This document shows, piece by piece, positions 1-11,979 of a DNA stretch of 64,000 nucleotides. The stretch is from Octopus sinensis (Eukaryota), in contig NC_043009.1 in NCBI RefSeq assembly GCF_006345805.1, positions 8,804,001 through 8,868,000 of the forward strand, given 5' to 3'. The notes beneath the pieces were generated by a model. It searched no databases. It had not been told where the DNA came from and saw nothing but the letters and a program-made list of their open reading frames with translations. The position numbers and the translations under genes were made by a program. Numbering within the stretch: the stretch's first letter is position 1; the number at the start of each line of letters is the position of its first letter.

Positions 1-323
1 CGGTTCTCAAAATAAATAAATAAATAAATGTGTGGGTGTGAAAGAGGCAGAGAGCGACAGATTTGTCCCACACGAGTTTTCATATTTTTATCATTTTCGA
101 TTTCCTTTAAAAACGAAAAAGAATTACGTTTTAAACGTCCGAACTTATGATTCTCGAAAACCATGGGAAACTTTTGACCAGCGACATCAATATCCCCCAC
201 AACCACACAGAATCGTAATCTGCGATGTTTGAAATGTATCTGAAGAAATGGCTTTTGACACACAAGTTTATTTCTTTCGGAATACGTGTGTGTATGCGTG
301 CATACACACACACACACACAAAC

Positions 324-475
324 ACAGGTGTCTACTCTTTTCGTCTACCAAATTCCTTCACAAGGCATTCAGATGGTTCAGAACTATAGCAGAAAACACT
401 TGCGCCAAGTGTCGTGCAGCAGAATGAATCCATGCGGTTGCGAAGCAAATTCGTTGAGCACAAAGCCATAACAGC
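324..475 (-). mobile_element. SINE-B/G 5' head fragment (tRNA-like head plus CORE-like segment), degenerate
   Basis: Reverse complement matches the head shared by the many B/G copies (gtctaccaaatt..cacaagg..actatagcagaaaacacttg). Confidence 0.75.
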
Positions 476-1232
476 ATCATATATTTTTCTCATAATTATA
501 GTGTGTGTGTGTGTGTGGAATAGTGTGAGACACCGTACAATGAAAAAAAATATACACTCCTTAACTAAAACTGGCAAAATGCAGATATTCTATAGAGTGG
601 TTATATACTGTCAACTTAACGTGACAGTCCCGTAAGGGAATTTACCCCACCGCTGTTTAGCCCTCTATCGCTCCACCACCGTACATATCTCTATGAGATA
701 TTTAGAAATTTAATATTTCAGATATTCTATATATTTTTTATTTATTGTAAGCGTTCTAAACGCTACAGCTGGCCAGACAAATAGATGTCATTTTTGTGAC
801 ATCAGTGTCCCAAGAAAAGACACCGAACACCCGCTGGCTCGGTCCACATGCTTAACAGAGCTCACATAAGGTCATAACAACTGCTTCAGTAATGAGGGCA
901 GGTTTGTACCTCAAAAACTAGATAAGTCCCAGCTGTTTCAAACCGCAACATCACCCAGTTGTTTGTTGCATTTTGGAAATGTTTTCTTTGCCGCTAATTA
1001 AACATGTAAACTGATCGCAATTATTTTCACTCTTTTATCATTATTTACTTTAGCGTATCGAGACAGGCACAGGCGTGGCGGTAATGTTAAGAAGCTTGCT
1101 TTCCAACTATGTGGTTTCAGGTTCAATCCTACTGTGTGGCACCCTGGGCATGTCGTTTAAAATAGCCCCAGGCTGTGAGTGGATTTGGTAGATGGAGACT
1201 GTGTGTGTGTGTATAAATATATGTATATATGT

Positions 1233-1600
1233 GGAGGCACAATGGCCCAGTGGTTAGGGCAACGGACTCGCAGTTTCGATTCCCAGGCCGGGTGTTGTGA
1301 GTGTTTATTGAGCGAAAACACCTAAAGCCCCACAAGGCTCTGGCAGTGGGGTGGGGCGGGAAACCCTGCTGTACTCTTTCACCACAACTTTCTCTCACTC
1401 TTTCTTCCTGTTTCAATTGTACCTATATTTCAAAGGGCCAGCCTTGTCACACTCTATGTCACGCTGAATCTCCCCAAGAACAACGTTAAGGATACACGTG
1501 TCTGTGGAATGCTCAGCCACTTGCACGTTAATTTCACAAGCAGGCTGTTCCGTTGATCGGATCAACTGGAACCTTCATTATCATAACCAATGGAGTGCCA
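1233..1600 (+). mobile_element. SINE-D, near full length, tRNA-derived head
   Basis: Starts ggaggcacaatggcccagtggttagggc (A-box-like) and has a B-box-like gtttcgattcc. The body and tail (..gtctgtggaatgctcagccacttgcacgttaatttcac..ggagtgcca) recur at 42.5 and 45.6 kb. Followed by (TA)n. Confidence 0.85.
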
Positions 1601-1602
1601 CG

Positions 1603-1638
<36 letters not shown>

Positions 1639-1994
1639 TGCATGTTTAAGTGTGCGCATCTCCTGTTCTTGACATTGCATGACAGATGTAAATGAGTGTC
1701 ATTAATAAAAGCATAGTCGTTCATTTCTAATCTTCAACAAAAACATATCTGACCATAAGAGAACATTAACTTGCATGGAAACAGGTGAGGATTGGTAACA
1801 GAAAGGGTGTCCAACAAAAGAAAATCTGCCTCAACAGCCTGTCTGACCCATGCAAGCATGGAAAAGAGGACGTTAAAAGTGATGATGATGATGATGATAT
1901 CAAAATCTTTCATCAAACACCTGTAATTTCAGCACTAAATTGTATATGACATCTATTGGAGCTTTATCATCTGAGTAGGAACTGTAGTTTAAGT

Positions 1995-2318
1995 TGATGC
2001 TGCTGCTGTTGAGCGGTCCAGTCGGAGCGGTCCGAAACGTGGTCCTTTGCTATTCGTAAAACCTGCAGAAGAGAAAGCAGGTCAACCCCCGATACCGAGA
2101 GCATCGACAGATGGATGAATGCGCATCCAGGCTCAGCGGTTGCGTAGGAAGTCAGGGACAAGAAACAGGAAGAAAGAGTGAGAGAAAGTTGGAGCGAAAG
2201 ATTACATCAGAGGTCGTCGCCACCCCCTACCGGAGCCTCATGGAGCTTTAGGTGTTTTCGCTCAATAAACACAACGCCCGGTCTGGGAATCGAAACCGTG
2301 ATCCTCCGACCACGAGTT
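1995..2318 (-). mobile_element. SINE-H (D-type head, distinct body, (CAG/CAA)n tail)
   Basis: Reverse complement of the copy at 54843-55200. Shares cctggatgcgcattcatcc and gaatagcaaaggaccacgtttcggac. Confidence 0.85.
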
Positions 2319-2380
2319 CACATGACCTAGACTCTAAATTCTTGCTAATTCAGCCTACCTAATTCCATGAATAGATATTA

Positions 2381-2806
2381 TCATCATCATTTTAATATCT
2401 TAGTTTTCCAAGCTTGTAGAGGTCAGACGAATTTGTTGAGGCAGTTTTCTACAGCTGGATACGCTTCCTGTCACCAACACTCACCTATTTTCAAGCAAAG
2501 TAATATTTTCCCATGGCCAGACACATTTGTCACGGAAGACTGGAAATGAACAGCTTTCCTTGTATAAAGATGATACTCATTTACAACCATCGCATGATGT
2601 CTAGAATATGGTACAAATATACACACACACACGCACACACGCAGAACAATCTTCTTTCAGCTCCTGTCTACCAAATCCCCCACAAGGCTTTGGGTGATCC
2701 AGTACTATGGTAGAAGACACTTGGCCAAAGTGTTGCAGAGCTGGACTGAGCCTGAGACCACAGGGTTGGGAAGCAAGCTTCTCAAACAACACAGTCATGT
2801 CTGCAT
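2381..2806 (-). mobile_element. SINE-G (B-type head, RTE-like (GAT)n tail), degenerate
   Basis: On the plus strand it reads atcatcatc tail, G body (cctgtcaccaacactcacc..ccatggccagacac), CA-rich linker, then reversed B head. Confidence 0.8.
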
Positions 2807-2872
2807 TGTAAATCATGTTTCATGAACTGGCAGTAAATGGATTTCATATAGGTTTCTGATAATAAATAGTCG

Positions 2873-3268
2873 TAGGAGTGGTTGTGTGGTAAGTAGCTTG
2901 CTTACGAAACACATGGTTCCGGGGTTCAGTCCCACTGCGTGGCACCTTAGGCAAGTGTCTTCTACTATAGCCTTGGGTCGACCAAAGCCTAGTGAGTGGA
3001 TTTGGTAGACGGAAACTGAAATAAGCCCATCGTATATATGCATGTGTGTGTGTATATGTTTGTGTGTCTGTGTTTGTCCCCCCAACATCGCTTGACAACT
3101 GATGCTGGTGTGTTTACATCCCTGTAACTTAGCAGTTCAGCAAAAGAGACCGATAGAATAAGTACTAGGCTTACAAAGAATAAGTCCTGGGGTTGATTTG
3201 CTCGACTAAAGGCAGTGCTCCAGCATGGCAACAGTCAAATGACTGAACCAAGTAAAAGAGTAAACGAG
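2873..3268 (+). mobile_element. SINE-B, full length, relatively young
   Basis: tRNA-like head (gtggttgtgtggtaag..gggttcagtccc), CORE-like ccttaggcaagtgtcttctactatagcc, TA/TG linker, tail ..caagtaaaagagtaaacgag. Nearly identical to 31459-31860 and 59759-60048. Confidence 0.9.
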
Positions 3269-3405
3269 TCTAGTTGTTAGATCAACAAAACCATCTTCTC
3301 ACCGAATTACTACTGTACAAGACACGGAGTAATACACAGACACTTGTACTCTCTTAACCTTTCTGGCAACATGTTTTAAAGTGATATAAATTAGAACTTT
3401 CCATC

Positions 3406-3775
3406 TTTTATCTTTTACTTGTTTCAGTTGTTGGACTGTGGCCATGCTGGGGCACCAACCTGAAGGATTTTGTAGAACAAATCGATCCAGTATTTATTTT
3501 GTTTTTGAAGTCTGGTACTTATTCTGTCAATCTCTTTTGCCAAGTCACAAATCTACAAGGATATAAACAAACCAACACTGGTTGTCAAGCAGTGGGGGAG
3601 GGGGACAAACACAAAGATACATAACACACAATGGGCTTCCACACAGTTTCCATCTACCAAATTCACTCACAAGGCTATATAGTAGAAGACACTCGCCCCA
3701 AAGTGCCATGCAGTGAGACTGAACCCAAAACCACAAGGTTGCAAAGCAAGCTTCTTAACCACACAGCCACCATGT
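3406..3775 (-). mobile_element. SINE-B, degenerate
   Basis: Reverse-complement match to 2873-3268 along its length. Confidence 0.85.
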
Positions 3776-4169
3776 TAATTTCATGTAAAATAGAAGTTTA
3801 TTTTACTAATTTCATTATTTTCAAATGAGATATGTACGGTGGTGGAGCGATAGAGGGCTAAACAATGGCAGTGTATTTCAACAGAAATATGGCAACAAAA
3901 GGGTTAATGATTCCTCAAAGAGAATCAAGAGTGTGGCATTGTGCAACAAGGCTGTCCATTCAAATTATGGGCACACTCCAACCAATAAGCTTCCACAGTT
4001 TCCCTCAACCCAATTTCGCTAATCAGAAAGGTTTGTATCAATCAGAAGGTGCAGTAGAAGAAACTTGACTCGACAAGTCCCTTAACCCCTTGGGAGTTGT
4101 TGTGGAACCGCAGCCATTGCAGCATATGTAGAACAAAAAAGCCTGGCAGGGCCCATCCCTCTCCAGGGT

Positions 4170-4284
4170 AAACCCATTTCTACAGCTGAGAGGACTAGAG
4201 CAACATGAAATGAAGTGTTTTGCTCAAGAACACAACTCTTACGATTGTGAGTCCAACGCCCTAACCACTAAGCCATGTGCCTCC
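4170..4284 (-). mobile_element. SINE-I head (tRNA-like plus CORE-like)
   Basis: Reverse complement reads ggaggcacatggcttagtggttagggcgttggactcac..ttgtgttcttgagcaaaacacttcatttcatgttgctc. Confidence 0.7.
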
Positions 4285-5384
4285 ACTTACATAACAGAGA
4301 AGAAATATTGTTTCTTACTGTACTCCTCCCTGTATAGAACCTCAAAATAAAGAAGACCAATAAGTCCAGTCTTCTTCACAATACCTTCAACAGTATGAAA
4401 GAGAAGAAGAAAAAATTCAGATTTAGATATTGACTTAACAGTGTTTTTAGTTCAATTAAAGTTGACAGTCAAGTTCATATTTCATGGAGCTGATAATATC
4501 ATTTCACATCCTCCAACCTACAAACTCCAGAATAAATATTTACTCTTACAAGGTTGTCCTGACATCATTTCAAATGCCCAAAAATTAGTAGTACAATATA
4601 ACCATACCTACACATACACTATACACAAGCATAAATACATATACCCTTTATGTGTGTGTGTGTGTAATATCTACATAATACCTACAAACAAGCAGGCATG
4701 CACACACACACATACATTTGTATGATACAGTTGGCCAGTTTTCATTATTAGTATCTTGGTATTATTAATAAACAACTCACACAGATGACACAGTTTAATG
4801 ACAAAGCACGGTTGCTAAGCTACTGTCCACACAGAGTAATTAGATACAATACAATTAAATATAGATCCTTTGTGGATGCTCAGACATAATAAAGCTGCAG
4901 TGAATGATGAGGAAAAAAGGAGAGAGAAAATCTCGAGAAACGAAAATAGCAACTAAGAATTGATGATTATAACCATTTCTCTGGTAGCCACATGATTATT
5001 AAACCACAGGATGTCCATCTTGCACACACACCTGTCCTAATATAAAAGCTTAATAGGCAAGGAATTAGAATACCAAACTGCTAAAGCTTAAACCAAACAA
5101 GTGATATTTCATTGTTTGCACACACACACAATAAGAATTTACTTGAGCTAATCTGGGACCATCTACGTGGCCATTCAACTTGCTAGATACAGAAGCCAAA
5201 TGTCTGTCAAATAACACCCAAGCATCTTGTAAAAAAAAGAACAGATTGAAGAATGAAGCCTAAGATATACTAGGTTTTACAATGAGAAGAGATAGTCACA
5301 GCTGGAAGGCCTTTGACAAGAGATTTACACAGTGAGAACTGACCTTGGCTATCTCTGAATAATGGAAAATATATATATATATAT

Positions 5385-6205
5385 ATCTGTTATCTTTTAC
5401 TTGTTTTAGTAATTGAACTGCAGATATGCTGGAGTACCACCTATAAGGGCCTAGTTTAGGGGTGGGGAAACTCCTGCCCATGGGCGCAATTGTGCCCACA
5501 AGCCCATTTTATTTCACCTGCAGGCTGATATACTCATATGTACAAAATATAGTAAATTTTTCAATTATAAAATTTATACAATATTCATATGTCTATTTCC
5601 GACATAGGTCACATTTCTACTACGACTAAAAACGGTTAGACTTGAATAGAAAATCGACCGGTAGTTGCCATTTAAATGGAAATTTTGTTTTCATTATAAA
5701 ACATATTGCTTCCCTTGAGACCCAACTACACTCTAGCTGAAAAATATAAAAACTTCATAAGTAGTATAAATGTCCTGAATTCAGTGGCGGTGTTAATGAA
5801 GATGTTACGCATTAATTTAATGTTAAACTTATCTCTATTACTGTATATCGAATTATACAAAGATATATGCAAGATTTACACAGATATAAGAGTTAGAACT
5901 TGTGGTCTGTCCGTGGACAGTTTTCTTCTTTTTTCTTTTTTGGAAATGTTTGACCACTGCACTAAAAAGTTTTCCCACCCTTGGTCTAGTTGAATAAATC
6001 AACCTTTGTTCTTAGTTTTTTAAATCTGGTGCTTATTCTATCAGACTCTTTTGCTGAACCACTAAGTTACATGGACAGAAATAAACCAACATTACACTGG
6101 TTGTCAAGCAGTGGCAGGACAAATATAAACAAAGACACACACAACACACAAACACATGTGACAAAGATTTTGTCAACTAAATTCACTCACTCAGCCCAGG
6201 GCTAC
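5385..6205 (-). mobile_element. SINE-B interrupted by a hAT MITE
   Basis: B tail sequence is collinear across the insertion (..cacctataagggcctagtt | gaataaatcaacc..). Confidence 0.75.
5457..5983. mobile_element. hAT (Charlie-like) MITE, 527 bp
   Basis: Imperfect TIRs tagggtggggaaact / agttttcccacccttg. 8-bp TSD gcctagtt / gtctagtt, matching the NTCTAGAN-like hAT-Charlie target preference. Confidence 0.8.
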
Positions 6206-6933
6206 AGCAGAAGATAAACAAGATTTTATTAAATATAAAGATTTAAATTAAAACAAGTGGTTAAGAAACTGTGTGCAGCACATGGGACAAATGAATTCTA
6301 CCAAAGCCTTGTGAGTCGATTTGGTAGATAGACACTGGAAGAAGCTAATCATATGTATATATACATATCATCATTTATCATCTCCTTTTCCAAGCTTACA
6401 CGGATGATCAGATTTTCTACAGCAGGATGCCTTTCCTGTTGCCAACCTTCATCTGTGTCCAAGCAAGGAAATAGACGTTTTTCGTGGAAGACTGGGAATG
6501 AACAACCTCACTTGTATGACAGTGATGCTCATTTACAACTATCGTGTGATGTCTAAACAAGAGAACATACAAACACACACATGGAGAAAGAGAGAGAGGT
6601 AGACAGGCTTCTTTCAGTTTCCATCTACTAAATCCACTCACAAGGCTGCCCAAGAGTATTTTACAAGGCACTTGCCCAAGATACCATGCAGCAACAGTAA
6701 GCCCAAGACCACATGATTGGAAAGCAAACTTCTTAAGCACAGAGCCACACACACATGTATGTGTGGGGGGGGGGCATCCCTTTGTTTTGATATTGCAGGA
6801 TGATTGAAAATGGGCACCATTCATTTCCAATCTTTGATGAAAAACATTTCATCATCATCATCATTTAACGTCCGCTTTCCATACTAGCATGAGTTGGACG
6901 ATTTGACTGAATTCTGGCGAACCAGACTCTATC

Positions 6934-7143
6934 CAAGTTGACAGCACCTTGATAGTTAAAGTAATTAAAAGTATGAAGACAGGGAAAGCCCCCGGCCCAT
7001 CAGGAATCACTGCAGAGATGCTCAAAATATCTGGCAGCGTCGGCATTAGCCTGGTCACCCGTATAGTTAACCAGGTGTTTCACGAAGGAGTCATACCCAA
7101 TGACTGGTGTCGCAGCACTATAGTCAACTGCTACAAAGGAAAA
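6934..7143 (+). pseudogene. RTE-type LINE ORF fragment (start of the reverse transcriptase region)
   Basis: Translates QVDSTLIVKVIKSMKTGKAPGPSGITAEMLKISG..IPNDWCRSTIVNCYKGK, the KAPGPDG..IP.DW....IV..YKGK pre-RT motifs of non-LTR elements. Flanked by other repeats. Confidence 0.85.
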
Positions 7144-7364
7144 TATTAGATCACTTGGAATCAGGGGAGGATTGGTAAGAGGAAGGGTCTCTACCCACAG
7201 AAAATCTACCTTGACAATTCCATCTGACCCATACAAGTACAGAAAAGTGAACGTTAAAACAATGAGGATGGTAAATGAATAACGGATAGACGGACAAGCA
7301 GATTGACAGAGCTATAACCAAACAGAGACTAATGTATAATTTCTTTTCTACTGTAGGCAGAAGG

Positions 7365-7500
7365 CCTGACATTTTAAGGGACGGGGCTAGTCAATTACAG
7401 CAACCCCAGTGCTTCACAGGTACTTACTTCAGTGACCCCGAAATGATGAAAGGCAAAGTCTACATCAGCGAAATCCTCAAACTCAGAGCGTAATGTTGGA
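7365..7500 (-). mobile_element. SINE-A2 fragment, degenerate
   Basis: Reverse match to the gactttgcctttcatc..ggggtc..agtacc central domain. Confidence 0.6.
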
Positions 7501-8231
7501 TGAAATGCCAAAACTACCGTATAATTTATTTTTCTATTTATTATAACCAGAACGAAATTACTGAAATGATTCCAGACTTATTTTCCTTCATATATCACAA
7601 CACCTGAAAGTAAGGTTTCTATGTGATTACTTAACTTTTGAGATATAGAAACAAATTCTTCATATCAAACCCATAATTATTTTAAAATGGAAGCAAACAT
7701 TGGACAATCATCACAAGAAACCCCTTCCTTAAATGTCTACTCAATCAAACAACCTTGAGGCAAAAACAATATCAGAAAGAGTTGGACAGACAGAGAGATG
7801 GATAAAAAAAAAGAGAGAGAGAAATAAAAAGAAGTGAGACTAAAAAGTGCAAAAGATGAAAAGAGAGAGAAACTAGGGAGAGAATGAAGAGAAATTGCAA
7901 AGAAGTAAAAATACTAACTACAAAAAAACTTTTAGATTTATGTTTTCAAATCCTGGTGAGAAATTTTGAATGTTATTTTAGTAAGTGTCAACGAGAACAG
8001 GATGATGATACAAATAAACAATGATTGTGTAAGAGTATGTATGTGTGTGTGTATTTGCTCAACCAATTAAATGATGATGATGATGAGGTATATATCCAAG
8101 TACTGCAGAAAGGAAGACAGAAAGACATTAAATACTGCTGGTGCAATAAGGAACCCAGACAGAGGCGGTCATTAAAAACTACTGATATATGTATATATAC
8201 TTTCCTTCTCAAGTTTGACCCTTCTGTCCGG

Positions 8232-8422
8232 CACTAGTTGCCATGATAGATCGTTAGCCACTCCACACATTTTTTTCTCTCCTTGTTTTTTCTGTGTCAC
8301 TTTCTGTAGAAGAGCGTAGGCTCGAAACGTAAAAGACTTTTTCTATTCCTGAGCGTTATACTAATACATCTGTTTGTTTTGTACAGCAACTGTCTCCGTC
8401 TTTTGTTTTTTTCATAAACTCT

Positions 8423-8426
<4 letters not shown>
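8232..8426 (+). mobile_element. Penelope-like element terminus containing a hammerhead-like motif, abutting (TA)n
   Basis: Contains ctgtagaagagcgtaggctcgaaacgtaaaag, followed by a T-rich 3' segment ending directly in (TA)n. This matches the PLE-terminus/hammerhead association. The clade call is inference. Confidence 0.6.
8300..8335 (+). ncRNA. Minimal type-I hammerhead ribozyme-like motif (A6U variant)
   Basis: Stem I CUUU/AAAG, core CUGUAGA, extra A, stem II GAGC-GUAG-GCUC, GAAA, palindromic stem III ACGU, cleavage triplet GUA. Confidence 0.6.
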
Positions 8427-8492
<66 letters not shown>

Positions 8493-8541
8493 GTATGTAT
8501 GTATGTATATATATATATATATATATACACACACATACATA
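8426..8541. repeat. Compound (TA)n/(TG)n/(TATG)n microsatellite
   Basis: Directly visible. Confidence 0.95.
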
Positions 8542-8974
8542 TAATGGAGATTAACACTATCCCTCCCTCCATGTGATAAACTTGAAAAAAAATTGTTAAA
8601 ATATTTTTCTTAATATGAAACTAATGGTAGCCTTAATACCCAAATAAAGAAATTTTATCCACCCATGGGCACTCATTCGTTTACATGACATTCACTCAGA
8701 AGAACATTGTTGGCCCAGAGCTATTGTAGAAGATGTTTCTCTAATGTCCCACACAGTGGGAATGAAATCAAAGGCACATGGCTGGAAAGTGACCTTCTTA
8801 AAAACACAGTTATGTCTATATGTGTGTGTGTGTGTATATATATCATCTTAACATCCACTTTTCCATGCTTGCACGGCTCAGATGAGAATGTGCTGAGGCA
8901 TAGTTTTTCAACCAGATGCTGTTGCCAATCCCCTTGTAATAATCTCCTGGACTGTTGAATAACTAACGGCCCAG

Positions 8975-9131
8975 ACATGTTTTATGTGTGTGGTGGGGAG
9001 CTGAACAACATTTAAGCAGCACTTCGTTTAGAATAATTGCCGAGGTGGACAGATCTTCCCAAAACCTCATATGCCAGACATCCTGGTCCTTTGTCATTTT
9101 CACCTGTCGAAGCTCCGAGTCTTGAGGCCAG
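8975..9131 (-). pseudogene. Probable RTE LINE 3' end remnant
   Basis: Minus strand translates ..VKMTKDQDVWHMRFWEDL.., similar to the MT.DRD.W..AVLE C-terminus seen at 56.9 kb. Confidence 0.45.
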
Positions 9132-9254
9132 TCGAAACGAAATAATTACTAGACTCAGTACTGAGGTTGATATAATTGACTAAAACCATGAGGCCAGTAG
9201 ACCAGTGTGGCTTGAGCCTGAAGGCTGAAACCAGTAAAGGAAGGATTGATGGAT

Positions 9255-9289
<35 letters not shown>

Positions 9290-9338
9290 AATCCTTAAAC
9301 CCTTAAAAATGTTTCAGCCCGAAGGCTGTGGCACCATC

Positions 9339-9389
<51 letters not shown>

Positions 9390-9455
9390 ATAAATTGAAT
9401 TTTTTTCCTTGTAAGTTTGGATTTTATTCCATCAAATAATAATTATATATATATA

Positions 9456-9634
9456 TGCTGGTGGCACGTAAAAAGCACCGCTACACTCACGGAGTGGTTG
9501 GCATTAGGAAGGGCATCCAGCTGTAGAAACACTGCCAGATCAGACTGGAGCCTGGTGCAGCCTCCTGGCTTCCAAGACCCCGGTCAAACCGTCCAACCCA
9601 TGCTAGCACGGAAAACGGACGTTAAACGATGATG
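9456..9634 (+). mobile_element. Repeat C (5'-truncated RTE 3' UTR) with (GAT)n tail
   Basis: ggagtggttggcattaggaagggcatccagctgtagaaac..ccatgctagcacggaaaacggacgttaaacgatgatg, the same terminus as the RTE at 56865-57577. Confidence 0.85.
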
Positions 9635-10664
9635 AACACAAAGAATGAGAGAGAAGCTCACAATTATATAGTTTCAACTCACTTGGGCCATTTGTCTTGA
9701 ACAATAGCCCTGGTTTGATCAATATCTTGTGAACAGAATGCAGTAGATGGGAAACTGTACAGAAGCTTGTTACAATTGTTATGTGTTTGTGTGCGTTTAT
9801 GTCTCCATCAGCCTGGTGTGTGGGTGTTTTGTCCTGCTGCTATTAGTTCAGTCACAACACAACAGCAGTAGTAGTAGTATGAGATAACCCGATGACAATG
9901 TACTCGGAAAGTGATCCAGTAACTTCAGCCACATCTGTTATAGATATACCACCCAGGCCAGATAATAGAACAATGCAATCTAAACAATAAGTCTTAATGC
10001 CCACACACTTTCCAAGGTTTTAATTTATTTGCTGTGTCTGTGTGCGTTTTATGGCCTACATTGGCAAGAAGACATTTCATTGGAGTTGCTTTTATTCTTT
10101 ATCTCCTTATCAACCCTTATCCAGAAGACTTTGGTAAAAGGTTCTGAAGCATCTGGTCTTATTCTCTGACATAGTATATCTAAGATTAAGGTGTCCAATT
10201 TTTCAAGTAGTTAAGGTATTGAGAACGATTTCACAGTTGTTTCTAGCAAGTTCGGAAACCCTATAGAAGTCCTTAAAATTAGCTCTGGCCGTATGGAGCT
10301 GTTATTTTTTCAACTGGAGACCCTTCCTATCATCACCCAACGTTTATAAGAACGACTGAAGCAAGCAGAGTTATGTGCCTTGCCCAATAGCATAACACAG
10401 TAGAGATATCTTAATATCTACACATGGTGACAGCTTTACAAGCTCATATTTCCGTTTAATACATTTATGTAGGCATGCATGTACACACGGACTGATAGAT
10501 GTGAGCATTGTAGAGTTGTGGTAGATTAACACTGACAAAAACTTCATTTTCAGATGAATCATTTAACTTCAAGTACTCTGGTGCCAATAATTCCCCAACC
10601 ACTGCCAATAATCTGGGTGAAGATGGACTCCTTCAGACATTCCAGTTTATGGTTCAGTCGAAAG

Positions 10665-10922
10665 CAGTGGTTCTTACCCAGGGTCCCATATGACCATTGG
10701 AGGCCTATTTTAAGATTTTGCTGTTAAAACTTACGTGCCATAAATAAATTAGTTCTACTTCTACAATATACAAAATATTTTTTTTTTCATACAATTCCTA
10801 ATATTTAATTATAAAAATATAAATAGGATTTTTTAAACATGGAATGGTTATGAGAGTCCACCTGAGTGAAATAAAAATTAATGGGGTCCATAAGCCAAAA
10901 AAAACAGTTGAGAAAACCATTA
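10665..10922. mobile_element. hAT MITE 1, 258 bp
   Basis: Ends cagtggttcttacc / gttgagaaaaccatta. Diverged 8-bp TSD gtcgaaag / gtctagag. Partial copies near 43.66 and 57.65 kb. Confidence 0.7.
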
Positions 10923-10930
10923 GTCTAGAG

Positions 10931-11513
10931 CATGGGTTCTCAAAGTGGGCGCTGAAACAGTCCAGGTGGGCTCTGGTGCCTAAGGGGGTGGTAGAGAAAA
11001 AGGAGGCATTGGGAGGAAGGCTGTGGATGGAGGGACACTATGAATTTATGATAATATTACTATACTATTGTATATAAATTATATAATAATATATTAAATA
11101 TCATGGAGGCACATGGCCTAGTGGTTAGAGCAATGGACTCGTGGTCGAGGGATCGCAGGTTCGAATCTCAGACCGGCGATGTGTGTTTATGAGCAAAACA
11201 CTGCAGCTCCAGCAGAAGGTAACGGCGAACTTCTGCTGACTCTTTCGCCACAACTTTCCTCCTACATTTTGCAGCTCACCTGCGATGGACCAGCATCCCG
11301 TCCAGATGGGGAACCTATATGCTAAGGAAACCGGGGAAACCGGCCCTATGGGCCAGGCGTGGCTCGAGAAGGAACAAACAAACATATTAAATATCAAAAG
11401 ATTCATAGTATATATAAATAAGTAAAATACATAAAAATAATGGTGGGGGAGCTGGGGGTTATTATGTGGCCATGAGGGGAGGGGCGGTGACCCAAAAAGT
11501 TAGAGAACCTCTG
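10931..11513. mobile_element. hAT MITE 2 carrying a nested SINE
   Basis: Ends catgggttctcaaagt / agttagagaacctctg. Perfect 8-bp TSD gtctagag at 10923-10930 and 11514-11521. Confidence 0.85.
11104..11383 (+). mobile_element. SINE-F, full length (D-type tRNA head; Deu/Nin-like central block)
   Basis: A box tggcctagtgg (11114-11124), B box ggttcgaatct (11158-11168), cctgcgatggaccagcatcccgtccag block, (CAAA)n tail, and 13-bp TSD atattaaatatca (11091-11103 / 11384-11396). The Deu/Nin similarity is from memory. Confidence 0.85.
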
Positions 11514-11979
11514 GTCTAGAGGAAGTAATTTATCCCCAACAAATCCTTTTACTGACGAGACAATCTTTTAAGGGCTAAAGGGACATATTCATGCACAGAT
11601 AAATAGTGAAATTGTGTAAATTATCCACAGAATGTGCTCAGTATTTGTGTTAAAGTTTGTATATATTGTTTAAACATAAATCATTATAGCATCATTACTT
11701 TTAGTTTCTGAAAAAGCAAAATAGATGTGTTACTGGATATTGTTGTTGTTATTGTTTTGTAAATGAAGTGAGCAAGTGAAATCTTTAGCAAGTTAAGACA
11801 AAACACTTAGTGGCATTTCTCCTGGCTCTTTACGGTCTGAATTTACATCCCACTGTGGTCTTATGGTCAACTTTGCCCTTCACCCCTCTAGAGTCAATAA
11901 AATAAATACCAGTCAAGTACTGGAGTTGATGTAATCGAATGCCTTCTCCCCTCAAGACTGCTGGCTTTGTGTTAGAATT

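Noticed and set aside
10548-10690. Possible exon after ttcattttcag (DESFNFKYSGANNSPTT..)
   Set aside because: No convincing donor, no recognisable protein, and it runs into a MITE.
11105-11170. tRNA gene
   Set aside because: A and B boxes are present, but this is the head of a TSD-bounded SINE and does not close an acceptor stem. The same applies to all SINE heads.
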